The notes beneath the pieces were generated by a model that was not told the DNA's origin, made no database searches, and was given only the letters and a program-made list of their open reading frames with translations. 64,000 nt of DNA, from positions 51,894,001 to 51,958,000 of the forward strand of contig NC_043014.1 of NCBI RefSeq assembly GCF_006345805.1, in the 5' to 3' direction. The position numbers and the translations under genes were made by a program. Shown piece after piece: positions 53,055-64,000 of the stretch. The DNA is from Octopus sinensis (Eukaryota). Position 1 is the stretch's first letter. Every line of letters begins with the position of its first letter.

Positions 53055-53094
53055 AATAATAATAATAATAGTTTTTGCAGAAGACCAATAATTC

Positions 53095-53260
53095 GGAGCC
53101 GAGTTGGCAGAATGTTAGGCAGGTTTAGCAGCATTTCGTCACCGATGTCAGCTATATCAAAGGTCACCGAGATCAGCTATATCATTCAGGATTTCGGATT
53201 CTATAAAAAAAGGACCACTGGATTACTGAGTGCGATGTAATCAACTAACCCACTCCACGC
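53095..53260 (+). mobile_element. SINE family B, strongly diverged
   Basis: GAGTTGGCAGAATGTTAG..TTTAGCAGCATTTCGTC..GATGTAATCAACTAACCC followed by (ATT)n. Confidence 0.6.
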
Positions 53261-53410
53261 AATTATTATTATTATTATTATTATTATCGTATTTGTTTAG
53301 TGGTTGAATTGCTTTTAGGAAATATAACAAAATGTATGAAACACACTACCACACACTATTTCTCCTCTCCTATCTGTTTAATCTATGTATTATGTATGTA
53401 CATATCTGTC

Positions 53411-53454
<44 letters not shown>

Positions 53455-53482
53455 TACATTACGTATATATATATATGTATAC

Positions 53483-53550
<68 letters not shown>

Positions 53551-54279
53551 ATACATGTGCATGTGTGTATGTGGAACCTAAGTGGTAAACAAAAATTTCA
53601 CCATAAGATCAAAGAAAAAACTTAATAAAGAAATAATAGAATGAAATATAAAATAAAATAAAATATAGACTTTAGATTATATTTCCTCTATTTCTCTATT
53701 CCGATATAGTTATTTTTTTTATTATTTTTTCTACATATATTCACCTGCAATTTCATTCCTATGCAAACGTATGCATTATCGCTTAAGTGGAAAACATTGA
53801 GGGTAAATGCCACTCAAATTATACTACGTGCATAATATTAGAACTTATTGATGCAGAAACGAATCTAAAACGTTTATCCAAGATAAAAATACACTAATCT
53901 GATTCAGAGTTGTTATAAATTCCTTCGTTTTAGTTTCACTTTCGTGATTTCTGTTTTTGTTATATATTCGGGCTACTTAATATCTGAGAAAGCCAAGATC
54001 GTTCGTATCCATATTATTCCACTTAGAAGTAATAGCAAGAGAATTACTCGAATCTTATACACATACCCGACCAACATCCAAATTGCACACGTCTCTTTTC
54101 AAAATGGCAGGTGTTCTTTAGTTTGAACAACACGATAAACAGAGTTTATTTAAGAGAAGATTATGAGGACGAGTTAAGTGTTCAGTTTTAAAAGACTTAA
54201 TATAATGTTTGAGCAGTTGTGTACAAGTTATTTTCAACGTGGTTATGTGCGAGGCTTAATTATTTAACAATTCCTGTGA

Positions 54280-54561
54280 TATATATGTATATATATGTGT
54301 GTATGTGTGTTTTATTTATGTTTGTATAAATGTATTTATATATGCATATATATATTTATATATGCATATATATATATACATATATTTTTGTATATATACG
54401 TACATATGTATACATATATATGTATATATATATGTATGTATATGTATACATATATATGTATGTATATGTATAACATATATATATATATGTATACATATAT
54501 ATATATGTATACATATATATGTATACATATATATATGTAAATATATATATATGTAAATATA

Positions 54562-54594
<33 letters not shown>

Positions 54595-54691
54595 GTGTGT
54601 ATATATATATATATGTATACATATGTATATGTATATATGTATGCATATTTATGTACAAACATATGTACATGCGAGTACGCAAACACACACT

Positions 54692-54725
<34 letters not shown>
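54280..54725. repeat. (TA)n/(TATG)n/(CA)n microsatellite
   Basis: Direct reading. Confidence 0.95.
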
Positions 54726-54828
54726 CCCAAACACAATTATAAATTTATACAAGCCTTTATTTTTCATTGAAAACAGTTCACCTTGAAGTAGCCTATTGCA
54801 CTTATGTGTCTGAGTCTGTATGTTTCCT

Positions 54829-54859
<31 letters not shown>

Positions 54860-55392
54860 TTACTTGGGATATAGAAGTATATTTTCTGTTCTTCTCATTT
54901 TCATGGCTGTCGATGTGTTCATGTAAGCATGTGTGTACATGGGTTTATGTTTGCATGTATATATACACACATATATGTAAGAGTGTGCATTCGTTCGTGT
55001 ACATATACACATATATTTATATATATATATATGCCTATATAAATATTGGGACGCGAACGTGTGTGTATATATATATATATAAATATATATATATATACAT
55101 ACATACGCATTTATCTGCGTCTGCATTATTGTGTAAGTATATCTCTACCCACACATGCACGTGTGTGTGTGTGTATGTGTTTTGGTAGATGTTGGTGTGT
55201 ATGTGTGTGTATAACAATTCTCTTCTACATGGCATTGTAAATAATAGCAATTCAATGCTTAAACTGAGATATCACTGAAATGTTTTGTATAGAAAACAAG
55301 TACGAGAATCTACAAGGAATTTTGTTTGCCAATGCCATCGAAATATCGGCTTTCTCGCCACTAAGTGTATTCAGTGTGCGTTTGTGAGTATA

Positions 55393-55441
<49 letters not shown>

Positions 55442-56362
55442 TACATCGTTATCTGCAGTTCCCTTCAAAACAAATAACTGTAAAACTGTAGTACTTTAAA
55501 GAATATATCATTATAACTTGTACGTGTGTAAATTAGTTTATTGTGAACAATGGCAAAGTGACAGATTAGCCGAGAGAGAGAAAGGTGCAAGAGGAGATGA
55601 AGAGAAGGAAGAGAAGGAGAAGTGGATAATTGAAGAGGAACGCAAACCTTTACTCTTGAAGTGTTTTCTCTGAACTAAATTTCACTTCAAAGTGATTCTA
55701 ATCGAAAAACAGAGAGAAATGCTGTATTCCAATATAACGAAGCAGTTATTAGGGTTTAGAGAATTTGAAGATTATATGATCAAACGTGGTAAACAAATAT
55801 CCAAGAGATAAAAAAAATCAAGAGAGATATCTAAGCATTAGATGCAAATCTTAGTAATATAATGGGATGATATTTTGTGGACTTCATATTTTGGTGACAT
55901 TAGACAATACAATTATAGAAATTATAAACATAACAACACATAGTATTTGTGGTGTGTTCAGGGAAGGTTAACTTTTGATACGATTTACTGTAGGAAGGTT
56001 AGAATATATGTTAGGAAGAGAAATAGCGAGGAACTCTGGTAAAGGGAGATCTAAGAGTTTATCGAGAAACAAAGAGAGTCCTAAAGCTGACCGGGTATAG
56101 AAGGGGGGAGTCATCGAAAAGGATGCAAATGGTGACGAGAGGAGTTTAATAAATAGAACTGATTGATCGATTAAGTGAATGACTAATCAAACAATCAATT
56201 AGTTAATTGGTTGAATGGTTAACCAATTGGAAAATAATGAAAAAATGAAATCGAACCGGTGCGTATGTTCATTATTCGCATAATGATTTTCCCGACGTCC
56301 AACGAAATAGTTTTAATTGATATGAATTATATATCATTCATCTGTTATCTTTTAGTTGTAAA

Positions 56363-56692
56363 ACTGGGGCCATGATGGGGCAACGCCCTGATGGAATTTT
56401 AGTACAGAGAACTGTTGACCTTGGTCCGTATGATTTTGAAACTTGGCATTTATTCTATCGTACCCTTTTGCCGACACTTTAATTACGGGTATGTAAACAC
56501 ACCAACACGCGCTCACACACATACACATATACACACATACCTCGGTCTTCTATCAGTTTCCATCTACCAAATCCTCTCACAAGGTTTTGAGCAGCACGAG
56601 GTTATAGAAGAAGACAGTTACCCGAGGGCCACGCCATGGGACTTAACTCGGAACCATGAGGTTGGTAAATAAGCTTCTTACCACACAGTCAC
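56363..56692 (-). mobile_element. SINE family A, diverged full-length copy
   Basis: GGCCATGATGGGGCAACGCC..TTTATTCTATCG..TTTTGCCGA..CAGTTTCCATCTACCAAATC..GGAACCATG..TTACCACACAG. Confidence 0.8.
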
Positions 56693-57854
56693 AGATCCAG
56701 CAAATTGTAGGTTTGGCCTTTAGTCGATACCACTGCTCCCGATATTTGACTAGGTATTGATGTTATGGCCCCGAAAGAAAGAAAAACAAAATTGGCGTCT
56801 GTGGGATTTGAACCCGAGTTAGATTGAGAATAACATGATTCATAATATTGTTCTTCCATGCTCTAATGATTGTACCAGCGTACTGCTTTCAATTTACAAT
56901 AAATGATAAAACTAATGGAAAAAATTTAAGCGGTTATGTTCGAAACATTATTTAAAACATTTATGAAGGAGAAAATACAGGATATTGAAAAAGGGAAAAA
57001 ATGTAGAATTATCGATTTAGTATATAGGGAATGGAAGCATAATGAAAAATAGAATGATCGAATCGAAAATGAAAAAAAATGAGTTTGAAACTATATGCTA
57101 TAAAATATAATGAGATAGGGGTGAGCGGAATGTCGTTCGGTAGTAATATTCGGAACTATTTTCACAAAATAATTGCATATAAATAGACTTTTTTTTAGCG
57201 GGAAGGGGATTAAGTGACATTAAATTTTTGAGTGGTTTAAAAAAAATTAAAACAAATTTTTCAAATTAATAATGTATAAAAATATGTCTGAGAAGGAAAA
57301 CAGGGAGTTCTATGTATAATGAAATTAAGTTTAATGTTTAAAAAATTTAAAATAAATTAGTTCACTTAAATTGGATTTAATCAAATTAAATAGAATTTAT
57401 GTTTTTAATTCAGAGTAAAAAGAGTTAAGTTGAAGGTTAAATACTCAATATTTAATGAAGAATGTTAACTAAGATAAAACTAAAAACAGTGTAGCGATTA
57501 GGATATCGAGGGAGAAGCAGCCATAAGGTTAAATATATTTGCGAGAAATATATTAGCGTAAGGAGGAGAAGAACGAAATAAAGTGAGGGAGTTGAATAGG
57601 TGGGGCGGTGTGCAAAATTTTAAGGGAAGAAATTAGGAAAATAAAGCATTCTATAATAAATATATTGAGAAGTGCAGGAGATTAGAGATTAACTAACGTT
57701 ACTTTTGTAGTTCATAGGTCAATACATTAAGTAGAATACGAATGAGTTTGATAATATAAATCGATAAAATTGAAAAATTATTTAATTGTGGAATTCAGCG
57801 CTGAGAAAAACTGAATTTGCCGTTCTTGGGTTTCAATTTAAGTAGAAATATAAT

Positions 57855-58087
57855 TATTTTTATATTGCCCACAAGGGGCTAAACATAGAGGGACAAATAA
57901 CGACAGAAAAACGGAAGTATAAGTTGATTATATCGACCCCAGTGCGTAACTGGCACTTATTTAATCGACCCCGAAAGGATGAAAGGCAAAGTCGACCTCG
58001 GCGGAATTTGAACTCAGAACGTAATGGCAGACGAAATACCGCTAAGCATCTCGCCCGGCATGCTAACGATTCTGCCAGCTCACCGCC
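57855..58087 (-). mobile_element. SINE family B monomer (tail type 1)
   Basis: CCCACAAGGGGCTAAACA..GATTATATCGACCCCAGTGCGTAACTGG..GAAAGGCAAAGTCGACCTCGGCGGAATTTGAACTCAGAAC..CTGCCAGCTCACCGCC. Confidence 0.95.
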
Positions 58088-59156
58088 TTAATACAGTGTG
58101 TACAGTGCAAATGTAGAATGAAGTTACCCCGTTTCATATACGGATGTGTCTCTCTAAACAATGCGAGCAACTATAGAAAAATAGGTGATTGATATTTATT
58201 CATATTTCAAAGGTTCTTGTTCCTATTTAGCACTGCATATCGAAATACGGTGTCCCTAGTATTAATTGATTTGTGTGTATATCATGTGTCTTTGTACGTG
58301 GGAAAATAAGCAACTCTATAATTGTACGTACAAATATATTGTTGAACGTCAATAATAACTGAAGATTCTGGTATTCCTGAAATTAAATATGGGTAGTTAC
58401 AACCACCTATACCTCTTGTTATTCATCTGCTTCACCTATTTAAGAATTATTTTATGTTCTTTATATTAAATCCCTTTATATATTCACAATAACAGGTATC
58501 ATTGAATCAACAAAAAATTTTCTAATTGAAGATTGCTATCATTCTGAGATGCACTAATATCCGGTTACAAGGCTACAGAATATAGTTAGTGGATAATATT
58601 TAAGCAACCTTTTTGCACATGTGTTTGATTCTTACTAGATGTTCTAGGCTGTGGGATAAACCTAATAAGATATAGATGAATATATTTTACAAAGAAAGCT
58701 CACACCTATTATTAATTTCGTTTATATAATATATATTAACTACGATTGATATTAGAAAGTAGAGGAATTGTGATCCGGCTGTAAATTTTACAGGGAAGAC
58801 TCTGAACGAGTTATTAAAAAAAATATAGAAGTCTTGCTAAAGAGAAAGATTGCAGCACGTAATTGTATATATAGCGAATTATCAAATTGGAACACACGTA
58901 TAAGTTTTGCACAATATTGCCAAACGTATTAATATATCAGAAATATAAGGGAAATCTGATACGTTTCCCAAATAAATGAGCGGAGACGAGAAACTTAGAG
59001 GACTGGCAATTTATTGAAATTGCTATAAAGTATTAAAGAATATTCTACCTTTAAATACTTCTTGATCAATAGAACTACACAAATATTTATGTATGTATAT
59101 GCATGTATATTTTTTACAATATATATATATATATATAACAATATGCAGCACGGAGT

Positions 59157-59207
59157 TTTGTCAGTGAACAGGTCGCGGTCTTATAGCTACGAAAATATTT
59201 TGATAAA
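59157..59207 (+). ncRNA. Minimal type I hammerhead-like motif with G3:C8 core swap, in a (TA)n-flanked ~210-bp cassette (59137-59346)
   Basis: Stem I UUUGUCA/UGAUAAA (7 bp, one GU), core GUGAACA, extra G, stem II GUCGC..GCUAC (one mismatch), GAAA, palindromic AAUAUU stem III, UUU triplet ending at 59200. Confidence 0.55.
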
Positions 59208-59345
59208 TAAAACTTAAATGTTGAAGTGAATCGAACGGCTTTTGTGTGTTTCTTAAATGGCTTATAAACACCTTCCACGCTGCAATTGTTTTCGTTCCAT
59301 CACACGATCTCAGATCAAATCACTTACTATGCAAGTACATCTCCG

Positions 59346-59416
<71 letters not shown>

Positions 59417-60896
59417 GCTTTTAAGTATAGATATAAATATATGTATGCATCTCTGTGTACATATCCAAGTTTCCTATCATATGTGTTCTGAGATCAATTG
59501 TTTCACTTCTTTTCTGAATATATCCCTTACAAACATCCTCATCAGTATTCAAAGAACTGCGATGTCTCTCGTAAACCACACATTACGGTCTCAGAAAATT
59601 ATGGAAAGTCGTAAAAAATAACATAGAATTTTCAGCTGGAAGAATTTGGGTCATGTCTTCAGATCTCAATGGAACCTAAATATCAACACCAATAACAACA
59701 CAGAGTAAATAAAGCCACTTCCGTATGTCTTCTGAGATCGTGGGCCTGGAACAGTGGACTTTTCTCTGAATGGTACTACCCCAAGGGAATAACGTTTTAC
59801 ATGGATATCCACAGTTTTTGAGGAATGCGATTCTGTCATCCATCGCTATCTAATGTTAAGGATATTGTCAAAGGTAAGAAAAAACAAAACGGAACAGTAA
59901 CAATTTGAAAGCAGAAACCAGAAGAAATATCCCTAGACGTCCCAATTGAGGTTCTGCCATTCCCACCAATACGAATTCCTGGACTCCTTCTTTATTTATC
60001 AACGTCGAAAGGAAGAATTTCAAAGTTGATATGGGTAAGAATTTTAACTCGTAGCGTAAAAACACCGCAATAAAATCATCAGATCTTTTGATAAATCTAA
60101 CAATTGGTCGATGAATTCCTCGCAGAAATCTACAGAAAAGATTGTCAGAGTATACACTGTTTCATCTCATTCCACCACCCCTCTCTCTTTCTTCGTTGCT
60201 TTTTTTTCTCCTTCAAGCATTCCCACGTGCGCACACACAGATACTCTAATAAACACACACAAGCACACAAATACCTATATTTATACACAGAATAATACAC
60301 ACACATACAAGCGGAGCATCCAACAAGTGATGATCTCATCACGCTTGTTCAGTTCTATTTAATGTTAGTCTTTATTTCGTATAATTAATAATAGATATGA
60401 GTTTTCTTTGTCAAATACACTCATGTATAACTAATACGGTTCATCCCTGCTTCACCAAATCATACAAAATTATAGACTTTTCTTTTTATTCACATCAACT
60501 TTGCGAACCTTTTGCACTTAATTTTGCCCGCTAGACAGGTTATCACAAGGTTGAATATAATAAAGACACAAACTGATTAAAGATTAACGTGTCGAATAGG
60601 ATTTCTTGTAATAATCGTTCTTGTGCCCAGAGTTCAAGTCCTGATATCAACTCTGTCTAATAATTTCAGTCGTCAGTAACTAAAATACCAGACATGTTCT
60701 TAATAAGCTTTGCTTGCTTCACACTGAATGACACATTCCAGTCTTCTCCTATTCCGTTACAAGACTTTGGTCACACAATTACAGTAAATATATTATTTTT
60801 CTGGAGTATTCAGCCACATAGATGTTATCGATATGAAGTGGAATTTAGACGTTCCGTCAATTGGTCGTTCGCTGTCACAATCGGGGAAGTAGCCAT

Positions 60897-61298
60897 GACG
60901 TCGAGCTTGCAGAATCGTTAGCACGCCGGGCGAAATGCTTTGCGGTATTTCGTCAGCCGCTACGTTCTGAGTTCAAATTCTGCCGTGGTCGACTTTGCCT
61001 TTCATCCTTTCGCGGTCGATTACATAAGTACCAGTTACCCACTGGGATCAACATAAACGATTCAATCAGTTTGTCTGTCCTTGTTTGTCCCCTCTCTGTT
61101 TAGCCCCTTGTGGGCAGTAAAGAAATAGGTATTTCGTCTGTCTTTCCGTTCTGAGTTCAAATTCCGCCGTGGTCGACTTTGTCTTTCATCCCTTCGAGGT
61201 CGATAAATTAAGTACCAGTTGCGTACTGGGGTCGATCTAATCGTCTGGCCCCCTCACCCAAAACTTCGGGCCTTGTGCCTGCCTAGAGTAGAAAAAAA
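60897..61298 (+). mobile_element. SINE family B heterodimer (head, body with tail 1, body with tail 2); extra tail-2 fragment at about 61365-61420
   Basis: GGTATTTCGTC at 60944 and 61128 (184 bp apart); the first unit ends TAGCCCCTTGTGGGCAGTAAAGAAATA and the second ends GGGCCTTGTGCCT..TAGAGTAGAAAA. Confidence 0.93.
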
Positions 61299-61635
61299 TA
61301 TCTGTAAATTATCAGAAATATTCATATGACTATTGACAACATGGACACATATCTGTATCTAATCCACTACCCCTCCTCCCAACAAAAAAATGTGGCCTTG
61401 TGCCTAGAGTAGGAAAGAAAACAGTTGGGTAAGTAGCCACGAGAAGAAATGTAGACATCAACAAAAATAGCAAAAATAAATCTACGATATTTTGTTGCAT
61501 GTCAATATGTTAGATTTCCACCGAGACTAGAAAAGTGGTAATTCACCAGTACGATTGGGAAAGCAAGAAATGTTATTTACTTTACTGTACTGAAAAGAAT
61601 TCAGTGTATAGATAGAGTTTAACTTGAACTTAAGT

Positions 61636-61925
61636 TACGGGACCTTCCTCCGCAGGTGGCTGCGGAGGTCATAAATCAGAAAGAACTGATTGAGGTCAGG
61701 AAGACCTGTAACAAAGAATTTTCCTCGGTCTGGTCCTGCCGATGCAGGCTTCCCTGCAGGCGGCAGAAAATTTACTTGGGGGCTCGGATGAGGAAGACGA
61801 TGAATAATGCAAAATATATCTTTGTAATTGTAATTTTTGTGATTATAATTTTAATTTATATTGATTTAAATTGAACAGTGATCTCGAGGGGTCATCGGTC
61901 GGCGGGCACCGGTGCCCCTCCCATA
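61636..61925 (+). other. GC-rich block: protein C-terminus-like frame, AT-rich trailer and terminal GC hairpin (unassigned mobile-element end?)
   Basis: LRDLPPQVAAEVINQKELIEVRKTCNKEF / PMQASLQAAENLLGGSDEEDDE*; 9-bp stem CCTCCGCAG-GTGG-CTGCGGAGG at 61647-61668; palindrome GGGCACCGGTGCCC near the 3' end. Confidence 0.35.
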
Positions 61926-62786
61926 ATAATTTTTTTTTTTTCCATCTTTGTCGTTTTCATACACATTAATGTCTTTGTCCAGCCCGCAGCTACCTTTATC
62001 TGTGAACGATCTTCATGGTCAATTCGATGAAATAAAGTTACTGGATCTTTCTCCGAATCCTAGTGGGTATCTTCCATATTATGTTTCACGTTACTGAAAC
62101 GAAGACCACAAAATTTTGATGAGACGCATTGAGAGCTGATTAGCGAATACTGGAAAGTATGGCAGCCTGTGACGTTGCAATGTTAAGGGACATCGAGTTC
62201 TGCAGTTAGTTATTCTTTATCAACAAATAAGTGAAATCAGGAAAAAACCATAAAATATTTTATTGACAGAAAAAAATAGAAGCAAAACTGATTTACAGAC
62301 ATCAGCTTTTCTAGAATAATTTAATTGCACAGGAATAAAATGAGGGGAAAAAATACGCAAATGCAAAATTGATTTTAACAAGCTTTTCACTAAATTCAAA
62401 CTAATAACATAATTTTTTTCGCTTTTGGTAATTCTGCTGAGGTAACTAAGAAATGGCATCTTCCAAACATTTCTTTATTTTAGACGTGACGGAAAAGAAG
62501 AATAAATATAGTGATTATGATAATAATAATTCAAATATCAGCGAAAATTTTCGATCTGATAAATTTCAATTATTTTTTCTGGAGCTGTATTCTCTGTGTA
62601 ATGTATTTTCTGCTTTTTGACATGCATACAATTTCTATATCAGAGTTGTGCATGCACATATATCTGCATCCTATACACACATATATGTGCGTGTGTGAGT
62701 GTGTATAGGTATGTTAGAGTATCCGTCACGAAAACGTAAGACATATGGAGGTGAATTAAGATGTTATTAAAATATATGAACTCTTA

Positions 62787-63182
62787 GGCGCAGGAGTGGT
62801 TTTGTGGTAAGTAGCTTGCTAACCAACCACATGGTTCCGGGTTCAGTCCCACTGCGTGGCACTTTGGGCAAGTGTCTTCTACTATAGCCCCGGGCCGACC
62901 AATGCCTTGTGAGTGGATTTGGTAGACGGAAATTGAAAGAAGCTTGTCGTATATATATATATAAGTGTGTGTGTGTATGTTTGTGTGTCTGTGTTTGTCC
63001 CACTAGCATTGCTTGACAACCGATGCTGGTGTGTTTACGTCCCCGTCACTTAGCGGTTCGGCAAAAGAGACCGATAGAATAAGTACTGGGCTTACAAAGA
63101 ATAAGTCCCGGGGTCGATTTGCTCGACTAAAGGCGGTGCTCCAGCATGGCCGCAGTCATATGACTGAAACAGAGTAAAGAGT
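62787..63182 (+). mobile_element. SINE family A, full length
   Basis: GGCGCAGGAGTGG..GGTTCAGTCCCACTGCGTGGCACTTTGGGCAAGTGTCTTCTACTATAGCC..TGACTGAAACAGAGTAAAGAGT. Confidence 0.95.
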
Positions 63183-63830
63183 TACCAAATATGTTGAGAA
63201 TAACTTTCTTTCGCCTGTTACCTCACTCGTGTATATCTGTGTGTACATCTCTTCACGTGTGCGTATGTATACATGTGTGTATGTATGTGTAGGCACATAT
63301 ATATATGTATGTGTTTGAGTGTATTTGTCGTCCGTTTTAAATTCTTTAAACTCTTCCTCTGAGGAAGAAGCTGGTTTCTAACGAAAATACAAAGTTCCAT
63401 CGTTGGAATACAGAAAACAAAAAAATGTCATATTTTAAACTTGAGAAAACTCTTGCATATATTTCTTGTTTCACTTAGAAACTGAAAATCAAATCTTGTC
63501 CCAAATGTCCGTTGGACATTTCTTCAGAAGACAAAGTGCATATGTAAATTTATAATCTGGACATAGAAGATGGAGGTTTTGAAGCAGTTGTGCACGTATG
63601 TGCATGTGTATGAATACAGACTCACACGCGCGCGCGCGCGCGAACAAAATACATATAAGTTTACATACACAGATGTATAAGTATGTGTGTGTGATTTCTG
63701 TGTTTGTTTGCGTGTGTGTGTGTTTCTACACATTGATAAAAAAAACACAAACACCGATTTCTGCGTAGTCCGAAAGAATAACTTTACTTTGATACATTTT
63801 TGTATGCTTTGATTCAATAAGCATTATCAA

Positions 63831-63867
<37 letters not shown>

Positions 63868-64000
63868 GTTGTTGTTGTTGTATTTCTTATCTGTGTACGT
63901 TATCCGTTTATGATTACTCCAAATATTCCAAGAAGAATGTTGTCGAAATCTCGGATCATTCTCTTAGAATTTCGAAAAACAAAAAAACAAACTGAAAAAA

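Noticed and set aside
57000-57830. Possible mitochondrial insertion (NUMT)
   Set aside because: Composition is suggestive, but I could not recognise any mitochondrial gene, rRNA or tRNA motif.
59711-59821. FN3-like peptide RSWAWNSGLFSEW
   Set aside because: Short, closed by stops, no convincing splice sites; resemblance could be chance.

Overview
AT-rich eukaryotic genomic DNA full of microsatellites. It is most likely from an octopus or another coleoid cephalopod; this is inferred from the tRNA-derived SINE families and the (TA)n/(AAT)n/(TATC)n landscape, with no database check. I cannot identify an intact protein-coding gene, and nearly all long ORFs in the track are translations of simple repeats. 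The window holds about 25 copies or fragments of three tRNA-derived SINE families, a decayed mariner transposase, and relics of several non-LTR retrotransposon clades (RTE twice, CR1-like, Tx1/L1-like, R4/Dong-like and a compressed HERO-like relic). A probable Pol II promoter and first exon lies on the minus strand near 31.6-31.8 kb, and there are a few low-confidence candidate exons. The most interesting signal is a set of type I hammerhead-ribozyme-like folds inside short (TA)n-flanked cassettes (4438-4506, 16505-16580, 59157-59207, and a half motif at 32405-32465). The three complete ones each have a different non-canonical catalytic core, and one carries a compensatory G3:C8 swap. These look like Penelope-like pLTR or retrozyme-type cassettes. 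All protein and RNA-fold assignments are hand alignments and need computational confirmation.
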